Below are positions 30,161-37,407 of a stretch of DNA of 37,407 nt, piece by piece. Source of the stretch: Myxococcales bacterium (GTDB lineage Bacteria; Myxococcota; Myxococcia; Myxococcales; Anaeromyxobacteraceae); assembly GCA_038320275.1 (NCBI GenBank), contig JBBQEB010000015.1:1-37407 (forward strand), in the 5' to 3' direction. The first letter of the stretch is position 1, and each line of letters opens with the position of its first letter. The notes under the pieces were generated by a model. The model was not told the origin of the DNA, did not search any database, and worked only from the letters and a program-made list of their open reading frames with translations. The position numbers and the translations under genes were made by a program.

Positions 30161-31287
30161 CACGGGAGGCCCGCGGCCCGCGGGTGAATGGGCGAGGAGC
30201 GGGTGGAGAGCGGCGCTGCGCTCCCGCCGGCGAGCACGGCCTGGACCTCCCCGACGATCGACAGCGCAATCTCCTCCGGTCCCTCCGCGCATAGGTCGAG
30301 CCCCACCGGCGCGCGCAGCCGAGCCGCCAGCCCGTCCGGGAGCTTCAGGTCGCGGAGGAGCCGGTCGGTGCGGGACCGCGGTCCGAGGATGCCGACGTAG
30401 GGCGCGGGCGAGGCGAGGGCGGCCCGCAGATACCCCGCGTCCTCCACGAGATTGTGCGTCATGACCACGGCGGCCGATCGCGGGCCGAGCACCACCTCGC
30501 GTGCCGCCTCGCCAGGACCGCAGATCACCACCGCGTCGGCAGCCTCCAGCGCTGCGCGCAGCGTGGGCCCCCGGCGGCTCGCCACCACCACCGAGCGCCA
30601 CCCCAGCGACCGCGCCAGCTCGACGAGTGGCGCCACGTCGTAACCACTGCCGAAGACGACCAGTTCGGGCGGGGGCGCCAGGCGCTCGGCGAAGGCCTCC
30701 AGCCGTCCGCCCGCAAGGAGCTCCTCGACGCGGCTCTCTCCGGCGGCCAGGGCGCGCTCCGCGAGGCCTCGCAGAGCCGCGGCGGCGGGCGCGGAGGCCT
30801 CCAGCGTCATCGCCGGCGCGCTCCCGGGCGCGAGCAGGAGCCTGTCTCCAGGGTGCGCTCCGGTGTTCGGTTCGGCCCGGAACACCGTGGCGAGCACGCC
30901 CGGCTCCCGCCTCGCCAGCCGCTCGCGGACGAACTGGATGGGATCGAGCGGCCCCGCCGGCCCCAGCCGCTCCAGGAGGACGTGGACGATGCCGTTGCAG
31001 CCGAGCCCGAAGCTCCACGCCACGCCCTCGTCCGGGGTGGTGGAGTCGTAGGTCACGAGGGCCGGCGCTCCGGAGGCGGTGCGCCACCATGCCTTGGCGA
31101 CGAGGTCGCGCTCCAGGCAGCCGCCGCTGATCGCTCCGGCGAGCCAGCGCTCCTCGGACAGGAGGAGGCGCGCGCCGGGGCGCCGGTAGGTGGAGCCCTC
31201 GACCTTCACCACGGTCGCGAGGAGCAGCCCCTCGCCGCGCGCGCGCGCCTGGGTCGCGGCTTCCAATACGGTGACGAGCTCGCGCAC
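30160..31287 (-). CDS. xdhC: XdhC/CoxI family molybdenum cofactor insertion chaperone
   Basis: LATVVKVEGSTYRRPGAR, ISGGCLE, GLGCNG, VVMTHN, YVGILGP and APVGLDL..EGPEEIALSI. Confidence 0.93.
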   Translation of the reverse strand: MRELVTVLEAATQARARGEGLLLATVVKVEGSTYRRPGARLLLSEERWLAGAISGGCLERDLVAKAWWRTASGAPALVTYDSTTPDEGVAWSFGLGCNGIVHVLLERLGPAGPLDPIQFVRERLARREPGVLATVFRAEPNTGAHPGDRLLLAPGSAPAMTLEASAPAAAALRGLAERALAAGESRVEELLAGGRLEAFAERLAPPPELVVFGSGYDVAPLVELARSLGWRSVVVASRRGPTLRAALEAADAVVICGPGEAAREVVLGPRSAAVVMTHNLVEDAGYLRAALASPAPYVGILGPRSRTDRLLRDLKLPDGLAARLRAPVGLDLCAEGPEEIALSIVGEVQAVLAGGSAAPLSTRSSPIHPRAAGLP

Positions 31288-31299
31288 GTGAACGGTCCC

Positions 31300-31512
31300 T
31301 CACCCCTCTGCGGCGGGCTCGCGCCAGCAGGGGCGGCCGCTCCTGCAACCGTGGGGATGGGCGAGCCCGTCGTCCGGCCCGGCCGCCTCCATGGTCGCGA
31401 GGCACCAGTAGCCCACCACCGGCGAGTCGCCACTGTGCCAGTCGTCATCGCTTCCCATGGCCCGCCCGTAAGCGCCGCGGCTGCGCAGGAAGAAGCAGGG
31501 GGGCGCGCTCAT
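31300..31512 (-). CDS. Small four-cysteine hypothetical protein (70 aa) within the Mo-hydroxylase operon
   Basis: The ATG at 31512 overlaps the FAD-subunit stop (ATGA). The ORF fills the gap and ends 12 nt before the xdhC start. MSAPPCFFLRSRGAYGRAMGSDDDWHSGDSPVVGYWCLATMEAAGPDDGLAHPHGCRSGRPCWREPAAEG. Confidence 0.65.
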   Translation of the reverse strand: MSAPPCFFLRSRGAYGRAMGSDDDWHSGDSPVVGYWCLATMEAAGPDDGLAHPHGCRSGRPCWREPAAEG

Positions 31513-32489
31513 CCCGCGATCCCGGCGGCGGCGAGGAGGGCCCTGCGGCCCGCCACCTCGAGCAGCGGAACCTTGTAGCCGTTCATGGCGAGGGGCGTCG
31601 CCCTGGCGAGCTCCGCCCGCAGCGCCGCAGCGGCGCTCTCGGCTGTCACGGCGCGCCCTGTCAGCATCGCTTCCGCCACCCGCGCGCGCCACGGCGTGGG
31701 AGCGGCCGCGCCCAGGACCACGGACGCGCGGGTGCAGGTACCGCTTCGCAGGGTGAGCGCCACCGCCGCCTCGGCCACCGGCCAGTCGGCGGACTCGCGC
31801 TCGCCCAGCTTCACGTAGGCCGACCGCGCGCCTTCCTCCGGCGCCGGCACCAGGATCTGCGTCAGGATCTCGCCCGGACCGAGCACGTGCTCGCGCGTCA
31901 CGTCCACCTCCGGCGACAGGAAGAGCTGCGCCACGTCGAGCTCCCGCCGCACCCCTCCAGGCCCGGTGAGGGCCACCCGGGCGCCCAGCGCGAGCAGCGC
32001 CGTCGCGAGCGCCGATGGGTGGACGATGGCGCAGATGTGGTTGTCGAGCACCGCGTGATAGGGGTTCTGTCCACCCTGCGCGAAGCAGAGCTCGCCCCCC
32101 TTTCGCAGGCAGTGGAACTCGACCGAGCGGAAGTACCAGCAGCGCGGGCGCTGGAGCAGGTTGCCGCCGGCGGTGGCCTGGTTGCGGATCTGGGGTGTCG
32201 CCGCGTGCCCGGCGGCGTCCGCCAGGGCCGGGTAGCGCTCGCGCAGGCGCGGGTGCGTCGCGAGGGCGGAGAGCGTGACGAGCGGCCCGATGGCGACGCC
32301 GCCCTCCCCCTCCTCCACCCGGTCGAGCCCCGGCACGGAGCGGAGGTTCACGAGGCGCGCCGGCGCGTCGAGCCCCTCCTTCAACCGGTCCATCAGGTCG
32401 ACGCCGCCCGCCTTCACGAGAGCCCCGCCGCGGGCCTCGCCGGCCGCCTCGTCCACGCTGCGCGCATCGACCCAGCCGAAGGCCTTCAT
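31509..32489 (-). CDS. Xanthine dehydrogenase-family FAD-binding subunit (PaoB/YagS-like)
   Basis: From ATG 32489 (MKAFGWVDARSVDEA). KAGGVDL, AATPQIRNQATAGGNLLQRPRCWYFR and a Cys-rich insert. ATGA overlap with the Mo subunit. Confidence 0.93.
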   Translation of the reverse strand: MKAFGWVDARSVDEAAGEARGGALVKAGGVDLMDRLKEGLDAPARLVNLRSVPGLDRVEEGEGGVAIGPLVTLSALATHPRLRERYPALADAAGHAATPQIRNQATAGGNLLQRPRCWYFRSVEFHCLRKGGELCFAQGGQNPYHAVLDNHICAIVHPSALATALLALGARVALTGPGGVRRELDVAQLFLSPEVDVTREHVLGPGEILTQILVPAPEEGARSAYVKLGERESADWPVAEAAVALTLRSGTCTRASVVLGAAAPTPWRARVAEAMLTGRAVTAESAAAALRAELARATPLAMNGYKVPLLEVAGRRALLAAAGIAG

Positions 32490-34870
32490 CGCGGCGCCGC
32501 CTTTCGGCCGCCGGTCGCCAGCGCGGCGAGGACGCGGGCCGGGGTCATGGGTAGCTCGCGCATCCGCACCCCGATGGCGTTGTAGATCGCGTTCGCGAGG
32601 GCGGCGGCGGTGGGCACGATGGCGGGCTCGCCGATGCCGCCCGCGTCGGTGGAGGATCGCCCCCGGTAATCCTCGATGAGGTGCACCTCGATGCGCGGCA
32701 CCTCGCGCGGCCCCAGGATCTTGTAGCTCTCGAGGTTCGGATTCACCATCCGTCCGGTGTGGGGATCGAGCCTGCGTTCCTCGTACAGCGCGTAGGACAG
32801 GCCCTGCAGGATCCCTCCGTTCACCTGGCTCTCGACGCCGAGCGGGTTCATGGGGCGCCCGCAGTCGTGCACCGCCACCACCCGCTCCACCCGCACCAGG
32901 CCGGTGTCGGTGTCCACTGCCACCTCGACGAACTGCACCCCGCCGTACCCCTTCACGACCGCCGCGCCGGGCGGCGGCGCGTAGTCGGGCGTGCGCTTCG
33001 CGACCGCGGTGAGGGCGCCGGCCTTCATGAGCCGCGCGGCCCGGGACAGCGGCAGCCGGCGCGCGGGCGAGGAGCGCACGTAGACGAAGCCTCCCTCCGC
33101 CGCGAGCTCCGCCGGCGTGGCGCGGAGCTTCGGCGCGGCGAGCTCGAGGAGCTGGCGCTTCACCTCCGCGGCGGCGTTCCGGGCCGCCGGGGTGATGGAG
33201 GCGGTGGTGACGCTGCCGCCCGAGTTGGGACCGCGCGGGAACAGGGTGTCCCCGATGCGGATGGTCACCTCGCCGGCAGGGACGCCAAGCTCCTCGCCCA
33301 CTGTTTGCGCCAGCACGGTCCGGGTGCCCGTGCCGATGTCCTGCACCCCCGAGCGCAGCTCCACCTTTCCGTCGCGGCCGAGCCGGACCTCGCACGAGCT
33401 CTCCAGGGAGACGTGGCGCGGCCAGAACGCCTGCGCGACGCCCAGCCCTCGCTTCACCGGTCCTCGCTCCGACCCGGGCGGCCGCCGGCGGGACCAGCCG
33501 AACTTCTCCGCGCCGATGCGCCGCTGCTCCCTGCGCGCGAGCGCGCCCGACTCCACCTGGGTATCGATGCGCTCCCTGAGCGCGAGAGGGTCCATGCCGA
33601 GCCGCTCGGCCAGCTCGTCCATCACCTGCTCGAGCCCGAACGCGCCCGGCGGGAAGCCCGGGGCGCGGAAGGCGGTGCCGGGGCCGGCGTGCACGAAGAC
33701 GTCGTACTGCTCGCTCGAGAAGCTGGGGCAGGCGTACATCCGCTCGGCGAAGCTCCCCACCCCGGCGCCGGTGGCGACGCCGGCCGTGCCCACGCTGCGC
33801 AGCTGGATGGCGGTGAGCGTCCCGTCGCGCTTCGCGCCCACCCTGAGGGTCTGCGTGGTCGCGGGCCGGTTGCCGGCAGACTGGTGCTCCTCGGCGCGGT
33901 CGAGCATGAGCCGCACCGGCGCGCCGGTCTTTCGGGAGAGCAGCGCGGCGAGGAGGCCGTAGCTCCCCGCGCCGAACTTCGCGCCAAAGCCGCCCCCCAT
34001 GTACTCGGTGATGACGCGGATGTTGGCCTTGGGCAGGCCGAGCGTCGCGGCGAGCTCGTCCTGGACGGAGGCGGTGCCCTGCGTCGAGGCCCACACCGTG
34101 AGCCCGTCGCGCTTCCAGTGCGCGACCACGCCGTGCGTCTCCAGCGCGGAGTGCGTCTGCACCTGCGTCCGGAACTCCCCCTCAACCACCACCTCCGCCT
34201 CGGCGAGACCCTTCGCGACGTCGCCCCGCGCGGAGCGGGAAGGGCCGCGCACGTTGCCGTTCATGCCGAGGCCCGAGGCCGCTCCGCCTCCTCCGGCGCT
34301 GCCGCCCATGTCCACCGGCCCCGGGTAGACGATGGGGGCCGAAGCCTCCTGCGCCCGGGCGAGATCGATGGTGAAGGGCAGCACCTCGTACTCCACCCGC
34401 ACCAGCGCCCGGATCTCCTCGGCGGCGGCGGGGCTCACGGCGGCGACCGCGCCGATGGGCTGCCCCACGTAGCGCAGGACCGGGAAGCGGGAGTGCAGCT
34501 CCTGCTTCGGATCGCGCAGGTGCGCCTGGCCGATGGGGCGGTCGAGGAGCTCGACGCCGCGAAAGCCGGAGTGGCGCTCCGCTGCGGAGCTGTCGATCGC
34601 GGTGATGCGCGCGTGGGCGTGGGGCGAGCAGAGGCGGCGGGCCCAGAGCATGCCGGGCGGCTTCACGTCGGAGGTGTAGAGCGCGCGCCCGGTCACCTTG
34701 GCGAGGCCGTCCACCCGCCGCGTGGGCTTGCCCACCACCTTCAGCTCCGCGTTGGGAGGCCACGGCGGTGGCTCGCCCGGGGGAAGTGGACGCTCCTCGG
34801 TGCGGAGGTCCGCGCCGGGGATGCCGATGGGGAACCTTCCCGTCTGCGGACCGCGATCGCTCTCGGCCAT
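32486..34870 (-). CDS. Xanthine dehydrogenase-family molybdopterin-binding subunit (PaoC/YagR-like)
   Basis: RVDGLAKVTG, QTHSALET, MGGGFGAK, AFRAPG, QDIGTG, SGGS, SQVNGG and GIGEP (catalytic Glu). Confidence 0.95.
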   Translation of the reverse strand: MAESDRGPQTGRFPIGIPGADLRTEERPLPPGEPPPWPPNAELKVVGKPTRRVDGLAKVTGRALYTSDVKPPGMLWARRLCSPHAHARITAIDSSAAERHSGFRGVELLDRPIGQAHLRDPKQELHSRFPVLRYVGQPIGAVAAVSPAAAEEIRALVRVEYEVLPFTIDLARAQEASAPIVYPGPVDMGGSAGGGGAASGLGMNGNVRGPSRSARGDVAKGLAEAEVVVEGEFRTQVQTHSALETHGVVAHWKRDGLTVWASTQGTASVQDELAATLGLPKANIRVITEYMGGGFGAKFGAGSYGLLAALLSRKTGAPVRLMLDRAEEHQSAGNRPATTQTLRVGAKRDGTLTAIQLRSVGTAGVATGAGVGSFAERMYACPSFSSEQYDVFVHAGPGTAFRAPGFPPGAFGLEQVMDELAERLGMDPLALRERIDTQVESGALARREQRRIGAEKFGWSRRRPPGSERGPVKRGLGVAQAFWPRHVSLESSCEVRLGRDGKVELRSGVQDIGTGTRTVLAQTVGEELGVPAGEVTIRIGDTLFPRGPNSGGSVTTASITPAARNAAAEVKRQLLELAAPKLRATPAELAAEGGFVYVRSSPARRLPLSRAARLMKAGALTAVAKRTPDYAPPPGAAVVKGYGGVQFVEVAVDTDTGLVRVERVVAVHDCGRPMNPLGVESQVNGGILQGLSYALYEERRLDPHTGRMVNPNLESYKILGPREVPRIEVHLIEDYRGRSSTDAGGIGEPAIVPTAAALANAIYNAIGVRMRELPMTPARVLAALATGGRKAAPR

Positions 34871-34873
34871 CCC

Positions 34874-35578
<705 letters not shown>

Positions 35579-35588
35579 GCACCCTCCG

Positions 35589-36062
35589 TCAGGCTGCTGC
35601 GGCGGCCCTCAGATCGGCCGGCGACACGTTCCGCGCGTTGGCGAAGCCCACCACGTACCGCCCGTCGCGGATGCGCAGCGCCACCAGGTCGAAGTCGCCC
35701 AGCTCGAAGGTGATCTCACTGTCCGGGAAGCGGGCCAGGAAGGCCGCCTTGCCGGTCTCGCGCCCCGGGCTTCCGCGCTCCTGCACCTCGGCCACCCCGT
35801 TGAGCGTCAGCCTCGGAACCTGGAGCGGATCGCTCGCCGGATCGTCCGGTGCATGGATGAGCGCCGAGAATGCCGCGCCCGTCCCGAGCCCCTTGGAATG
35901 GCGGGCGAGCTGCGACACGTGGACGTAGGCGGTGGAGAAGTCCTTCGACAGCGCGAAGGGCAGCAGCCCGACGTACGGCGCCCCGTCCACCAGCACGCCC
36001 GCGGACAGCACGCGCACCTCGGTGAGCAGCTTCTTCAGGAGGGCGGCGTCGTCCGTGTCCAT
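35589..36062 (-). CDS. Pyridoxamine 5'-phosphate oxidase-like / HugZ-like split-barrel protein
   Basis: From ATG 36062: DGAPYVGLLPF, HVSQLARHSKGL, PRLTLNG, FLARFP, LGDF and YVVGFANA. Confidence 0.75.
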   Translation of the reverse strand: MDTDDAALLKKLLTEVRVLSAGVLVDGAPYVGLLPFALSKDFSTAYVHVSQLARHSKGLGTGAAFSALIHAPDDPASDPLQVPRLTLNGVAEVQERGSPGRETGKAAFLARFPDSEITFELGDFDLVALRIRDGRYVVGFANARNVSPADLRAAAAA

Positions 36063-36126
36063 GCCCCGCCTTGTAATCGACGGGGCTGGCAGGTGCCGAT
36101 ATTCACCGGGGCGTCCTCGCCCACCC

Positions 36127-36897
36127 GTGTCCTCGCTCGATCGCCAGCCATCCGGACCCGTCCTCTCCGTCACCGGGCTGCGCCGCCTCTACGGCGAAGC
36201 GGTGGCGGTGGACGGGATCTCCTTCGAGGTGCGCCCGGGCGAGATCGTCGGATTGCTCGGCCCCAACGGCGCGGGCAAGAGCACCACCATCCACATGCTG
36301 CTGGGAGTGCTCGCGCCCACCGCCGGGACGGTCCGGGTGGACGGCGTCGATCTCGGCCAGGACCGCTCCCGCGCCCTCGGGCGGACGAGCTTCTCCGCCG
36401 TGTACGCGCCCTTGCCGGGCAACCTCACGGTCCGCCAGAACCTGCGCTTCTTCGGGCTCCTCTACGGGGTGCGCGACCTCGCCTCCCGGATCGACGAGGT
36501 CATGGAGGTCACGGAGCTCACCCGCTTCGCCGGCGTGAAGTGCGGCGTGCTCTCCTCCGGCGAGGCGGCCAGGGTGGGGCTCGCGAAGGCGCTCCTCAAC
36601 CACCCCCGCCTGCTCCTCCTCGACGAGCCCACCGCCTCCCTCGACCCCGCCACCGCGCGCGAGCTGCGCGCCGTGCTGCGGGCGCTGGTGGCGAGCGACG
36701 GCGGCCCCGGCGTGCTCTGGACCTCGCACAACATGCTGGAGGTGGAGGAGGTGTGCGACCGCGTCTTGTTCCTCGCCCGGGGTCGCATCCTGCTGGAGGG
36801 CGATCCCCGCCGGCTGCCGAGCCTGCACGGCAAGAGCTCGCTCGAGGAGCTGTTCATCACGGTGGCCCGCGAGCCTCTGACGCTGCGGGAGGGGTGA
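36127..36897 (+). CDS. ABC transporter ATP-binding protein (ABC-2/drug exporter type)
   Basis: Walker A GPNGAGKST, signature LSSGE, Walker B LLLLDEPT, TSH switch, C-terminal SLEELF. Start uncertain (GTG 36127 chosen). Confidence 0.9.
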   Translation: MSSLDRQPSGPVLSVTGLRRLYGEAVAVDGISFEVRPGEIVGLLGPNGAGKSTTIHMLLGVLAPTAGTVRVDGVDLGQDRSRALGRTSFSAVYAPLPGNLTVRQNLRFFGLLYGVRDLASRIDEVMEVTELTRFAGVKCGVLSSGEAARVGLAKALLNHPRLLLLDEPTASLDPATARELRAVLRALVASDGGPGVLWTSHNMLEVEEVCDRVLFLARGRILLEGDPRRLPSLHGKSSLEELFITVAREPLTLREG

Positions 36898-37011
36898 AGC
36901 CGCTGGTCAGGCTCATAGCGGAGACCATTCCGCGGAGCTCGAGCTGGATCGCCGGTCCCGCCTGTTCGCGCGTCCATCAAGCGACCCGCACTGTCAGAGT
37001 TGTGTGCGAGG

Positions 37012-37407
37012 ATGTTCACGATGCGTCGCCCTCCCGCCCAAGACCCTGCCCGTGCCGCCGTGGCCAGGCAGGCCACCGGCGCGCGGGCGGTCGTGGCGCT
37101 GGAGCCGTTCACCTCGGCGGAGCTGGATGCGCTTTTCCGCGGCGGGGAGCCGGAGGCGGACATCTACGAGACGGTCCTGGCGCGGGCGGCGCGGGCGCGG
37201 GCGGCGGTGGACGTGGCGCTCGCGGAGGGCCTCCATGCGCTGCGCCAGGGCGATCGGCTACCTCAACTCGGCTGCCACCTCGACGACTACGCGCGCGAGG
37301 TGCTCGACCTGGGCAGGCGCGCGGCGGAGGAGCTGGCGAGATTGGGCCGCGAGCTGGGGATCCGGCCTCTGCTCCGCGAGGCGCTGCGGTCGGGCCGGGT
37401 CCGGCTG
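37012..37407 (+). CDS. N-terminal part of a probable DUF222/HNH endonuclease-type protein (partial, runs off the right edge)
   Basis: Manual translation, open to the window end: MFTMRRPP...VLARAARARAAVDVALAEGLHALRQGDRLPQLGCHLDDYAREVLDLGRRAAEELARLGRELGIRPLLREALRSGRVRL. The DYAREVL and P.LREALRSG pattern resembles the N-termini of multicopy DUF222-like HNH proteins. The HNH motif itself is outside the window. Confidence 0.55.
   Translation, partial: MFTMRRPPAQDPARAAVARQATGARAVVALEPFTSAELDALFRGGEPEADIYETVLARAARARAAVDVALAEGLHALRQGDRLPQLGCHLDDYAREVLDLGRRAAEELARLGRELGIRPLLREALRSGRVRL

Overview
A very GC-rich (roughly 70%+ by eye) bacterial chromosomal window. Codon style and gene content suggest an Anaeromyxobacter-like myxobacterium (inference). 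It holds about 27 genes: small methyltransferase, SDR and hypothetical genes, ettA, a long malate-synthase-like gene, a VWA lipoprotein, an RND efflux pair, a DUF3014-type protein, an 8.2 kb cyclic beta-1,2-glucan synthase, a secreted DUF4412-type protein, a multicopper oxidase, YbjN-like and EcsC-like genes, a tightly coupled nine-gene minus-strand molybdenum-hydroxylase (PaoABC/xanthine dehydrogenase family) operon, an ABC ATPase with no permease nearby, and the start of a probable DUF222/HNH-type element. Most notable: (1) the malate-synthase-like frame is split by one in-frame amber TAG followed directly by ATG and a hairpin; (2) an easily missed 70-aa four-cysteine ORF is translationally coupled inside the Mo-enzyme operon; (3) a promoter-to-terminator, multi-hairpin sRNA candidate lies at about 13.2-13.4 kb. 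No rRNA, tRNA or CRISPR array was seen. All family calls come from motif recognition by eye, not database searches.
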